From IMG/VR virus record IMGVR_UViG_3300009320_000008, positions 16,339-80,338 of that record: a stretch of DNA of 64,000 nt; one strand, given 5' to 3'. The DNA comes from a virus. Numbering within the stretch: position 1 is the first letter of the stretch; each line of letters starts with the position of its first letter. The notes beneath the pieces were generated by a model, which saw nothing but the letters and a program-made list of their open reading frames with translations, was not told the origin of the DNA and searched no databases. Below are positions 8,624 through 18,017 of the stretch, piece after piece. The position numbers and the translations under genes are program-made.

Positions 8624-10229
8624 TGTTTAATTCCTTCACGAATGATAATAGCTTTTCCTTTGCACTGTCGGGTAATTCAAGACGGGAGATAATATTGCTG
8701 ACTGAAGCAGTTTTAACCTTCTCTGCCATCTTGGGACGTTCCCTCAGTATTCCTCCAACATCTGCAAACTTTCGTTTGTCCTCAACTCCGGCTCTATCTG
8801 CGGCAATCATGGACAGTTTGGTACTACCACAATATGTGCAAAGGATATGATGTGAGTAAAATGTTACAGGATTGTCACAACTGATTGTATGTTCAAATGG
8901 AAATATCATTGCATCCCCAAGCACCCATGCCTCTGTCTTGGTAATGTTTCGCATGACCGGCAGGAATTTGATATACTCCCCTGTAATCGTCCCGTACTTT
9001 CGCATCATATCTATGGCCTCCGCGAATTGAAAGGAGTTGTCAGGGTAGCCTCCCGTCTCCTCTGACAACTGCGCCCAACCAGCGGCAATATATACCTCAT
9101 TTACATTTTGGGATATAAGGTACGTCTCCGCACAGGCCAATAGATACGATGTGAAAATGGCATTCCTGGCTGGAACCCATGCAATTGTGGACTTGATATT
9201 ATCTCCTCCGCTGTCAATCTTTATGTCTGAATCTGTAAGCATTCCATTCCCTGAGAAATGCATGAACTGGTCTGTCAAATCAAATTCAAACATCTGGATG
9301 CGGAGTGCTCCACTCAGAGTTTGTGCTGCCCACCTTTCTGCTGATTCTGCTTTTTGTCCGTATCTGAAGTGTATCATAACAGGTTCATATCCAGAATGCT
9401 TCAATATGTAAGCTGTTAATCCACTATCGATGCCTCCAGAAGCAGAAACGAACACCCGTTTTTTCTTGGCGGGTTGAGGATTTTTGAATGTGGGATGAAT
9501 GAAATTGGGGGAGTAGGTTTGCTTGTGCTGCATTCCACTGTCTAAATCGGTTTCGATGATGGTGTATCCTTCAACGTAATGATGATACCAGTTCTCCCAT
9601 ACGTTCATCCCGTCTTTGCGGCATCCGGTCATGCTATACAGGGCTTCTTCCAATGCATCATTGTCCGAATGCATGAAGTATCCAACACCTTTTACATACA
9701 TATGAGCAAGAGGATTGAAAGATGTTACCGCATACATCTTATTTTTGTTTCGATCTATCATGACAAAGGCAAACGAACCACTTAGATATTCCATGGTTCG
9801 TTTCATGTCCCTACCCTGCTGTTCGTATGCAGCAAGGATAATCTCGGAGTCGATTTCAGTAGCATAATTAAAAGATAATATACGAACGGATTCTGTCACT
9901 CCTCCATTATGAATAAGGAATTTGCCGTCACTAAAGATGGGTTGTAGCATACTCTTATTCGTAGATTTTTCAGTTTCGGGAGTAGCTCTGCTACAGAACA
10001 AAAGGACATCCCCAACGTTCATGTATTCTTTTATCCATAATATAATTTCTTCCACTTCTATCTTTTTTGGATTTAAGATCCAATGGGAGGAAGGAATCCC
10101 ATCTCCATCACATACTATGCAAGCCCCAAATCCATCTTGTCCTCTCTTACCTGCCTCTAAAATAAGAGTTTCAAGGGTTTTAAAATTTGGGATTGATTCC
10201 CTTGCCCAGAACGCAAATATTCCACACAT
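8616..10229 (-). CDS. gat-queC: Gat-QueC fusion (class II glutamine amidotransferase + QueC)
   Basis: N-terminal MCGIF, RG.DG.G, HNG, IDSE; QueC half SGGIDS, WVPARN, GYPDN. Confidence 0.9.
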   Translation of the reverse strand: MCGIFAFWARESIPNFKTLETLILEAGKRGQDGFGACIVCDGDGIPSSHWILNPKKIEVEEIILWIKEYMNVGDVLLFCSRATPETEKSTNKSMLQPIFSDGKFLIHNGGVTESVRILSFNYATEIDSEIILAAYEQQGRDMKRTMEYLSGSFAFVMIDRNKNKMYAVTSFNPLAHMYVKGVGYFMHSDNDALEEALYSMTGCRKDGMNVWENWYHHYVEGYTIIETDLDSGMQHKQTYSPNFIHPTFKNPQPAKKKRVFVSASGGIDSGLTAYILKHSGYEPVMIHFRYGQKAESAERWAAQTLSGALRIQMFEFDLTDQFMHFSGNGMLTDSDIKIDSGGDNIKSTIAWVPARNAIFTSYLLACAETYLISQNVNEVYIAAGWAQLSEETGGYPDNSFQFAEAIDMMRKYGTITGEYIKFLPVMRNITKTEAWVLGDAMIFPFEHTISCDNPVTFYSHHILCTYCGSTKLSMIAADRAGVEDKRKFADVGGILRERPKMAEKVKTASVSNIISRLELPDSAKEKLLSFVKELNSG

Positions 10230-10232
10230 AAT

Positions 10233-10433
10233 TCACCCCTCCAACAATCTTTTAAAATTAGTACACGATATAGGATCTGGGATTCCTTTAAGAATTAAAT
10301 CTGGAAGTGTGGGGTGATCGTCTGTGCCAATAATTTCATACACCTTATTCTTTTCAAGGCATGACATTAAAGGTAAAAATCCGCATTGCTGAACGAAATC
10401 CCCTTTCTTCATCAAATTATATTCATTACTCAT
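10233..10433 (-). CDS. hypothetical protein
   Basis: GAGGA RBS before MSNEY; 4-nt overlap with upstream gene. Confidence 0.5.
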   Translation of the reverse strand: MSNEYNLMKKGDFVQQCGFLPLMSCLEKNKVYEIIGTDDHPTLPDLILKGIPDPISCTNFKRLLEG

Positions 10434-11458
10434 TTTATTATCCTCTCTGACCATTTTTGTTTAGGAATATGTTTTCCGGCATGTGACGAAAAGATTTTCT
10501 TTCCAAACTTTGGTTCTCTTTTCTTCCAATAATCATACATCCATGGATATGACCATCCGCATCTTGGGCATTGCATGGCATCGTCAAACACACTAAGCCT
10601 CCACTTCTCCCATTTGTCAGGCAAATCGAATATCGACATTTGGGAAGTGAGTTCTCCCTTTCTGTATCCACAAACACGCAGAGAACCATCCGCGTCGATG
10701 GTAGGACCTCCATATGGATTGCCTAAACAATGCCAATTCATACTAATAAGGTGTGAATAGTCTCCAAAAAACATTTCCCGATTTTGAATGAGATTATTCC
10801 TTGAGCTTATGGCTTTGTGGATTTCATATTTGAGTGCGGGGTGATCGGATTCTCTAAAAAGCAGATCTTCAATTTTGTATCCTTCAGGAAAAAAGTCAAA
10901 TCCTCCGCCTTTGTTCCAATGAATGAAATTTATTCCCACATTGATACCGAGTTTAGATAGTTCCTTCACCGTATCCGAAACAAATTCATAATTTCCTTTA
11001 TGAACTGTTATTGTGCCTTGGCAGTCTATGTGTGGATAGTTCTTTCTGGTAAACATTAAAGCTTTCCATCCATTATAAGACTTCTGCTCGTCATGGGACA
11101 TCATATCCCATTTCAAATACTTCAAGTGTGAAATGGGCCAATCAATTCCGCATGACAGGTTATCTAACCCTGCATTGAAATTATTATAATACCATTTTTC
11201 AAATAGTTCAGGGGGAGCTGAGGTATATAAGGCATAGGGCACCTTATTCGCCTTGATGATATATCTTAAATCGTTTCCCAATAACCATGTTTCATTTCCA
11301 AGGATCAGATTGAAGTCAACACCCATTTTATGTAGGATATCAAAAACCTCTATCCATTGTTTTGCATTGAGTTCTGGATTTTCTAAGTTGGAATCTCGGA
11401 GTCGGCAGTAGTCACATTTCCTTGGGCATCGTCTTGTCAGGTAAGTTAATGAATTCAT
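10430..11458 (-). CDS. Radical SAM protein with C-terminal SPASM/twitch-like Cys motifs, function unknown
   Basis: CPRKCDYC; C...IDADGSLRVC...CPRC. Confidence 0.9.
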   Translation of the reverse strand: MNSLTYLTRRCPRKCDYCRLRDSNLENPELNAKQWIEVFDILHKMGVDFNLILGNETWLLGNDLRYIIKANKVPYALYTSAPPELFEKWYYNNFNAGLDNLSCGIDWPISHLKYLKWDMMSHDEQKSYNGWKALMFTRKNYPHIDCQGTITVHKGNYEFVSDTVKELSKLGINVGINFIHWNKGGGFDFFPEGYKIEDLLFRESDHPALKYEIHKAISSRNNLIQNREMFFGDYSHLISMNWHCLGNPYGGPTIDADGSLRVCGYRKGELTSQMSIFDLPDKWEKWRLSVFDDAMQCPRCGWSYPWMYDYWKKREPKFGKKIFSSHAGKHIPKQKWSERIIK

Positions 11459-12114
11459 GCCGTTAATCCCCCATCAACAACGATGTTTGCCCCTGTCAGA
11501 GAAGGTGAAGTAAGGATATAAAAAACTATGTTGGCGATTTCTTTGGGTTGAATCTCCCTTTTGAGGGGAACCAATTCTCTTAGATGTTTGGGAAGTCTTC
11601 CAGGAACAAGGTTTGTGTTTGTAAATCCGGGGCTGATGCAGTTCACTCTGATTCTTTTTGGAGCGTAAAGTTTGGCGAAGGATTTTGTCATGTGGATCAT
11701 GGCGGCTTTTGCAGCTCCATACATGGGCTCCTCCGGGCTTGCTTCTATTCCAGAAGTTGAAGCAATGTTAATAATATTTCCCCCGTTTTTTATTCGGAGA
11801 TTTTTGGCGATCATGAAAGGGGAAAGAAAGTTCAGCTTTAGAAGCTCCAGCTCAATAAAATTTTCATTGAATCGCAAAGCTCCGGCATTGTTCACCAGAA
11901 GATCAACCTTTCTTCTTCCTATCCTTTTATGGATACGTCTGACAGCAGTGTAATAATTCCTGCGTTTGGAAAGGTCAACATCGGACTTTGAAATACCGAC
12001 TATTGACCACATACCCATTGGAGAGAATACTCCCTCTTTTTTTAATAGGTCGGCTATTGCCTTCCCAATACCAGAAGAATGACCTGTTATAACGGCAATG
12101 TTTTCCCTGAGCAT
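11455..12114 (-). CDS. Short-chain dehydrogenase/reductase (SDR)
   Basis: TGHSSGIG, NNAG, YGAAK, RVNCISPG, VDGG. Confidence 0.95.
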   Translation of the reverse strand: MLRENIAVITGHSSGIGKAIADLLKKEGVFSPMGMWSIVGISKSDVDLSKRRNYYTAVRRIHKRIGRRKVDLLVNNAGALRFNENFIELELLKLNFLSPFMIAKNLRIKNGGNIINIASTSGIEASPEEPMYGAAKAAMIHMTKSFAKLYAPKRIRVNCISPGFTNTNLVPGRLPKHLRELVPLKREIQPKEIANIVFYILTSPSLTGANIVVDGGLTA

Positions 12115-12117
12115 TTT

Positions 12118-12696
12118 TTATCCCCTTTGTGATAATTCGATAAGCTGTAATGCTTCCATTTTTACCTCTTGCTCATAGAATATCCCATTTATGGCGGAGG
12201 TTGTCATTCCGGATCTATTACTTTGTCTTACTCCACGGCATTGCATGCAACCATGGGAAGCTCTCATTACAATCATAGCTCCTTGGGGTTTTAATTCTTT
12301 AACAAAAGCATTTAATACTTCCCTACCGAGATTTTCTTGTATCTGAGGACGTCTTGCATAATGGTGAATTAGTCTGGCACATTTTGAGGCACCGATCAGT
12401 TTATCTTGTGGGATGTATAATACCCAAGCAAGACCAATGAAAGGTAAGAAGTGATGGGAACATGTGGAAGTAAAGTCGATGTTATCCAACATTACTATTT
12501 GATTGTCTTTTGAAGAATTGGGAAATGATTTGAATCCATCAAACTTTTTCCCAACCCTTGAAAAGAGTTCTTTACAATACATTTTAGAAACTCTTTTCGG
12601 AGTATCTTTGAGATTAGGGTCGTTGATATCGAGTCCCAAACCCTTTGTGATTATCTCCGAAAAGAGTTTTTCAATGAGATCCTTGTCCATTGTCAA
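12118..12696 (-). CDS. folE: GTP cyclohydrolase I
   Basis: TPKRV, CSHHFLPF, RRPQIQE, HGCMQCRG. Confidence 0.95.
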   Translation of the reverse strand: MTMDKDLIEKLFSEIITKGLGLDINDPNLKDTPKRVSKMYCKELFSRVGKKFDGFKSFPNSSKDNQIVMLDNIDFTSTCSHHFLPFIGLAWVLYIPQDKLIGASKCARLIHHYARRPQIQENLGREVLNAFVKELKPQGAMIVMRASHGCMQCRGVRQSNRSGMTTSAINGIFYEQEVKMEALQLIELSQRG

Positions 12697-12697
12697 T

Positions 12698-13291
12698 CTA
12701 CTTCTTGTCCGATGTCGGGGGATTCACCGCAGTGATGATGGCGGTGGCCGCTTCCTTTTCCCCTTGCTCATTGAAGACCCATCCCCACTTCTTTTTGCAG
12801 TAGCCGATGTGTCCTTTGAGTTGGGCCAGGTTCCATTCCTTTACCTGGAGGCCTTTTTCCTTGGTGAAGGCATTGGCCCCGGCAACGATGTCCACCAGTT
12901 TGTTCCCTTCGACCAACATGGCGTTGACTTTTTGGGTGGTGGTTTTGGGATCGGCCACGGTCTTTTTCAATTCGTCCAGGGACTTGCCGAGAGAAGATCC
13001 GATTTTCAATCCCTTTGGCCGTCCCTGCCCACCCGATTTTTTGGCATTGGGATCGGGGGCCGGGTCCTTGGCCTCGTCCGACAGATTGTCATTGTAGAAC
13101 TGAATGCAGATTTCCGGAATTTCTGCTTCCGCTTCGTGCATTTTGACCAGGTTGGCCTCAAAGGTCTCGATCATGACCGTTTTGGCGACGCCGACAGTCC
13201 GCATGGGTGGCTCAATTTTACATCCATCATTCAATGCCACAATAGCAGCCTTCAATTCTCCAAAAACAATGTTTGGTGCGGTTTTAGCCAT
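12698..13291 (-). CDS. hypothetical Lys/Ala-rich protein, probably highly expressed
   Basis: AAGGAGG RBS; GC3-biased codons; own extended -10 (TGCTATAGT) upstream near 13357-13365. Confidence 0.8.
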   Translation of the reverse strand: MAKTAPNIVFGELKAAIVALNDGCKIEPPMRTVGVAKTVMIETFEANLVKMHEAEAEIPEICIQFYNDNLSDEAKDPAPDPNAKKSGGQGRPKGLKIGSSLGKSLDELKKTVADPKTTTQKVNAMLVEGNKLVDIVAGANAFTKEKGLQVKEWNLAQLKGHIGYCKKKWGWVFNEQGEKEAATAIITAVNPPTSDKK

Positions 13292-13444
13292 TTGCGTTCC
13301 TCCTTTTCGTTGTGCGTTAATTTGTGGGACTGTACCCTGTCTAAACGTTCAATAGTACTATAGCATACTTTTGGGTTAGCCGCCCAGGAAAAATGAAAAT
13401 TTTTTCACATTTTTTCGAAACTTGCATTTTTCCTCAAGAACGAT

Positions 13445-15052
13445 CTATTTGACTTCTTTCAGATCGATAAGTTTATGGAGCTGTGTGTTAATAACCACCT
13501 CGTGGAGATTGTGTTTATTCAGCTCTTTTAGGATGTCAGGAACGCTGATATCCGCAAATCCCGTATTTACCGGAGATATTGCCATCCTCGCCGCAAGTCC
13601 CATCCCATTAAACATTTTTATTTTATTGATGGCAAAATCAAGGTCATTATTCCCATCTACTACAAATTTAACGAAATCCTTATAGTTTAGTTTCCTGACG
13701 AAATTTAACCTGCCTATTACATAATGAGCCATTCCAGAACTTGGACATTTATAATCTACCACCCAATTGGCAGCTAATGTGGGAGGAATCCATGTTCCAT
13801 TTGTTTCAATTGTGACCACAATATTTTGTCCCGCAAGTTTTGAAACAAGATGTGCGACCTCATCGATTTGAAGGAGAGGCTCACCTCCTGTTATAGTCAC
13901 TTTGGCCGTTCCAAGTTGCATGATTTGATCAAAGACCTTTTTTACAGGGGTTTCGGTTCCTGAATCAGGAGATTGTGCGTACTTGGTGTCGCAGTTATGC
14001 ACCCACATATAATCTACAAGATAAGAATTATATGGAAAGCATGATATGTTCCACACTTTTAGTGGTTTTGGGCGGGTTGAAGGCGGATAATCATTTCTAT
14101 CTATATGTTTTATTTCTTCTACTTTATACCCGTTTAATGCTGTCAGTCTGTTTCTACTTTTGACGGAAAGGTTCTTTCCGTCTTTTCTTTCTCCCCTCCA
14201 AAAACTATATCCTCTTTTATGAATCTTGTTATGACAAGGATAACAAGAAATAAGGAGGTTCTCCCAATCATCATTTTTCTTATCTGCGTCTTTATGATGG
14301 ACACAACATTTTATATTGGTCTTCCCACACTCTTTACATGTATTTATTATTCCTTTCTTGCACAGATTTTTTAGGTAATTATAATTTGTATTTATTCCCC
14401 CTCTCCAATTCGGATTTTTATCACCCATCATTTTAAGAGATAATTTCTTTTTTGTTTCCTTATACTTCCTCTCAGATAAAGTACTAAAGGGATGTAAATA
14501 AATGCCTTGTTCCTGTTTTTTCTTAATGCTTGATGATATTTTTATACCTATTTTTTTATAATCTTTTCCCTTCCCTGATTTCCGTGCCACTCTGGGATCT
14601 TTCATTGGGTTTCTTTCGCCCATTTTTGAGAATGATGCTTTTTGATTTGGGGATGAATGAAGGATCATATCTCCTATTTTTAAATTTTTGGTTTTAATCA
14701 TTCCCTTAGTTGTGAAAAACGGATGCTCCTCCGTCACAAAGTAGGACACACCATTTATTTTCAACCTAAACCAAGAATTGACCTCTCTCGTAATTACCTC
14801 TTTTACTTCTGTTTCAACAAGGTTTTTGTTTTCATCAAAAGTCATTAACCAATCCCCAACTTTCATATCCATCAATTTTTTATTGGGAACTCTTGACGTT
14901 ATTATTCTTGGAATTTTTCTTCCATTTATAATTCCAAAACAATAGGCGCATTTGATGTTACATCCCGCAAGTCTTACAAATACAGTTTGCGTTCCTTGTC
15001 CATACCAATTAACTTCCCCATCTATCGATTTGAAAATGCTGAAAACGTTCAT
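13445..15052 (-). CDS. queE: 7-carboxy-7-deazaguanine synthase (radical SAM) interrupted by an intein
   Basis: SIDGE..G..VFVRLAGCNIKCAY|...|CDTKY, ITGGEP, IETNG, DYKCPSSG, QLHK. Confidence 0.95.
   Translation of the reverse strand: MNVFSIFKSIDGEVNWYGQGTQTVFVRLAGCNIKCAYCFGIINGRKIPRIITSRVPNKKLMDMKVGDWLMTFDENKNLVETEVKEVITREVNSWFRLKINGVSYFVTEEHPFFTTKGMIKTKNLKIGDMILHSSPNQKASFSKMGERNPMKDPRVARKSGKGKDYKKIGIKISSSIKKKQEQGIYLHPFSTLSERKYKETKKKLSLKMMGDKNPNWRGGINTNYNYLKNLCKKGIINTCKECGKTNIKCCVHHKDADKKNDDWENLLISCYPCHNKIHKRGYSFWRGERKDGKNLSVKSRNRLTALNGYKVEEIKHIDRNDYPPSTRPKPLKVWNISCFPYNSYLVDYMWVHNCDTKYAQSPDSGTETPVKKVFDQIMQLGTAKVTITGGEPLLQIDEVAHLVSKLAGQNIVVTIETNGTWIPPTLAANWVVDYKCPSSGMAHYVIGRLNFVRKLNYKDFVKFVVDGNNDLDFAINKIKMFNGMGLAARMAISPVNTGFADISVPDILKELNKHNLHEVVINTQLHKLIDLKEVK
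13994..14941 (-). mobile_element. 316-aa intein with HNH homing endonuclease
   Basis: Starts CFG; block B VTEEHPF; HNH CKEC...VHHKD...NL...CYPCHNKIH; ends WVHN followed by extein Cys. Confidence 0.93.
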
Positions 15053-15064
15053 TCCTGGTCCTCC

Positions 15065-15469
15065 TTAAAAATATTGATCTTCTCTTCTCCACTCGGCGTA
15101 ACAGGTTTCGGTTTCCCACAGACGAACACGGGAGACACTTCTGAAACTTGAAAAGGGCTTTGTTCCTCCTTCTTTCGGTTCTTCCAGTTTTTCCCGAAGG
15201 ATTGAAACTATATACAAAATCATATGCTCGGCGGTGGGGTTACCGAAGGTGTCATTTAACAGTTCGTGATCAAATTTTTCCACCACAGGTCGCACTATTT
15301 CTTTCAGGTCAGCAAAATCCATCACCATACCAGAAACAGTAGAAATCGTACCTTTTATTTCGACTTCCAGTTTATAACTATGCCCATGGAGGTTTTGGCA
15401 TTTCCCCACATGTAAAGGCAGCCGGTGGGCAGCTTCAAATGTAAACCTCTTACATATTCTTATCAGCAT
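15065..15469 (-). CDS. queD: 6-carboxy-5,6,7,8-tetrahydropterin synthase
   Basis: FEAAHRL, CQNLHGHSY, GMVMDF, DHELLN, PTAE, WET. Confidence 0.95.
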   Translation of the reverse strand: MLIRICKRFTFEAAHRLPLHVGKCQNLHGHSYKLEVEIKGTISTVSGMVMDFADLKEIVRPVVEKFDHELLNDTFGNPTAEHMILYIVSILREKLEEPKEGGTKPFSSFRSVSRVRLWETETCYAEWRREDQYF

Positions 15470-15677
15470 TTTTTACCTCCTTTAGTGAGGACAACATAAT
15501 GATTATCCCCTGTATGATTCGTTCTCCTTCGTCTGTTTCTCCAGGAACGATGGATGTAATTATCCATATCAAAAATATACAGACCAACAATCGCAATCTA
15601 TCCCAGACTCGTTTCCAACCAACAAGAACGCCTGTCCATTTGATCTCAGAAGTTTGGTGTGTCATTAAGTTTTTCAT
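15450..15677 (-). CDS. small membrane protein
   Basis: GGAGGG RBS; hydrophobic segment. Confidence 0.5.
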   Translation of the reverse strand: MKNLMTHQTSEIKWTGVLVGWKRVWDRLRLLVCIFLIWIITSIVPGETDEGERIIQGIIIMLSSLKEVKNADKNM

Positions 15678-15778
15678 TAAACTCCCTCCATTGTGTGTCT
15701 TTGATATGCATTATTGGGAATAAGGGGATTTTATTTCCCTCAAAAGAAAGATCCTCTGGTGATCTATATAAATTGCAT

Positions 15779-16492
15779 TCATAGTTTTTTTGAGGAAAGA
15801 CCAAAGCCAAGAATAACGTCTGTTGGATCAGTTAAAAATCTGTTGCAGGTTGTGGACGGTAAATCTGAACATCCTAACCAACTATTGGCATGTGCCTTTT
15901 GGATAATACCTCCACTCACCCACATTTGAAATACTATAGAGAAGGGGACACATATAGCCGCTGATGTTCTCTTTGAAAGTTCTTTGAACAATTCAGGTTC
16001 CGTTCCAATGAATTTGTGAATCCCAACTAATGAATGCCTCCAGAATACCCAATAAAGCTTATGAGCAGGACGTTCTATCAACCATTGTTTGTGTTTTGTT
16101 ACCTGGAAATTATACAAGTTACAATGATTTCCATTACATACAGATTTGCTTTCATATCCTTCCTTTTTTCTCTTACTATACACATCCATTTTAACGCCTG
16201 TTACTTTGGATATCGTTCCACTTCTCTCTCGTGCATAGGGAATGATATGATTGGAATTTTTTATTGGGAATAGCCTTGTATGGATCAATCCTCCGAATAT
16301 TCCCGCTGTAAGACATTCGAAGAACAATCCCATTTTTACATGTGCGGTTTTAGGTTTAAATCTTTTGTGAGGCATTCCTGGAATTAAGCATTGCTTCATT
16401 CTTCCCCGGGTCGATCCAATAACCGTGATATTTTTCTTCCAAGATTTGTAGGTTTTAGTTCCTATTAGCATTTGTGGAAATGGGGAGGGCAT
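15779..16492 (-). CDS. hypothetical basic protein
   Basis: GGAG RBS before MPSPF, directly after helicase stop. Confidence 0.55.
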   Translation of the reverse strand: MPSPFPQMLIGTKTYKSWKKNITVIGSTRGRMKQCLIPGMPHKRFKPKTAHVKMGLFFECLTAGIFGGLIHTRLFPIKNSNHIIPYARERSGTISKVTGVKMDVYSKRKKEGYESKSVCNGNHCNLYNFQVTKHKQWLIERPAHKLYWVFWRHSLVGIHKFIGTEPELFKELSKRTSAAICVPFSIVFQMWVSGGIIQKAHANSWLGCSDLPSTTCNRFLTDPTDVILGFGLSSKKL

Positions 16493-16493
16493 T

Positions 16494-18008
16494 CTATCTC
16501 CATTCGCTGTCAACGACCATCTGTCCAGCGTCCAGATTTTGCAGTACCATACATGTCTCGTCTCCACAATCTCTATGACGATGGAGGAGTGTACTGATCC
16601 GTATAACATTGGCTCTTTTCTCTGCTTCGGTTTGACTCATGGCAAGCATAGCGTCCACATGCCCAAGCTTACCTACCCATTTTGCCGTGTGAGATTGTCT
16701 GACTTGCACGGCGTCCAAAGCATCTTTGTTTACCTGTGTGGGAGTAACCACCAAAGATTTCTTCTCTGCTGCTAATTGGGAGAGGGCTATCCATGTTCTG
16801 TCTTCTTTTTCTACACCTATAAGCCCTGCTTGTTCTGGTTTTAGGATGTCGGCATAGTCGATTACTATGATATCCGGGAGAAACCCTTCGGTTTTCTCAA
16901 GGAGATATAAATCCTGTTTAATGTCAGATATATTTGCTGTAAAACGGGGGTAGGGCATAAATCGAAAGTTATCCCCATACATTTCTTCGATAGACATTAC
17001 TTGCTTTGTGACCAAAGAGCTTTCCATTTTGGGACGGTCTAACATTTCATACCATACGTCCTTTTTGAATTGCTCTCGCCAATCCTTTTCGGGATGATTT
17101 CGACAGAACGTACAAGGTTTGTATCTATTTTCAAGATCGAAATCAGGTTTACGTCCTTCGTCGTCAAACAGCTTGATATGGTTTTCTCTTTGATGCATTG
17201 TGCAAGTATCATCTTGGTTTAACAAGCAATCGAAAAGTGGGTATCTTAACTCCCCTCCTTTATCCCATGTGCCTGTCAATCGTTTGTAAAGACGTTCCTC
17301 TGTAGATTCTTCGCTCATTTCCAAAGAGAAAAAAGCAACTTTTAAGTGATTTAAAAATCCAAGGATGGCGAATTCTTGAGCAAACCAAGTTTTACCCCGT
17401 TTGAAGGGAGCAGATATTCCAATAAGCCACCCTCTTTTGTAATCGCCCAAGAACTCTCCTAATGCTCCAGGGAATTGAAAGAACACCTCATCGGGAAATT
17501 GAAAGAACTTGGAAATAGATCGCTCGGAAAAAGGATTTACCCATTGTGACGTGGTTTTGGAGACTTTGTTGAATCCAAGCACCCTGTCTTCAGCTTCTTT
17601 AACTTTATCCGTGCTTAACAAATACCTTAGTTCGGCGTTTAGTAAAGACAGGGATTGCTTTTTGAAGTACATTGTGGTATCATCATACAAAAGAGGAATG
17701 TTGATTCCCTGCTCATTTTCGAATTTCTTGGAGGCATCTGTAAGTATCCGGCTGATCAGTGTTAGCTGATCGGGTTCAATATTATCCCTGTTAGCCAAAA
17801 ATATATCCTGTATACTCTCCATTGGAGCTTTTTCGTAGGTCTCAAAATGTTCCATACACCACTTCGCAATTGTCTCGTGGTATTCGTTTTGGAAGTACTC
17901 AAGACGAAACATGTCCTTTATTTTGATGATGTAATCTGTGGAGACTATCAGCCCAATTACAATCCGCTTCTCAAGTGTAGTTTCAACTGTCTCTCGTGTG
18001 AATCCCAA
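16494..18008 (-). CDS. dnaB: DnaB-like replicative helicase
   Basis: Walker A APFKRGKT, FSLEMSE, Walker B VIDYAD, TPTQVN. Confidence 0.9.
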   Translation of the reverse strand: MGFTRETVETTLEKRIVIGLIVSTDYIIKIKDMFRLEYFQNEYHETIAKWCMEHFETYEKAPMESIQDIFLANRDNIEPDQLTLISRILTDASKKFENEQGINIPLLYDDTTMYFKKQSLSLLNAELRYLLSTDKVKEAEDRVLGFNKVSKTTSQWVNPFSERSISKFFQFPDEVFFQFPGALGEFLGDYKRGWLIGISAPFKRGKTWFAQEFAILGFLNHLKVAFFSLEMSEESTEERLYKRLTGTWDKGGELRYPLFDCLLNQDDTCTMHQRENHIKLFDDEGRKPDFDLENRYKPCTFCRNHPEKDWREQFKKDVWYEMLDRPKMESSLVTKQVMSIEEMYGDNFRFMPYPRFTANISDIKQDLYLLEKTEGFLPDIIVIDYADILKPEQAGLIGVEKEDRTWIALSQLAAEKKSLVVTPTQVNKDALDAVQVRQSHTAKWVGKLGHVDAMLAMSQTEAEKRANVIRISTLLHRHRDCGDETCMVLQNLDAGQMVVDSEWR

Positions 18009-18017
18009 TTAGCTCTC

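Noticed and set aside
7049-10229. QatABCD or other QueC-based anti-phage defence system
   Set aside because: Context is FolE/QueD/QueE/DpdA in a phage replication arm; no QatA ATPase or TatD
12503-13363. 286-aa + strand ORF
   Set aside because: Antisense shadow of the GC3-biased 12698-13291 gene and folE; no RBS, no motifs
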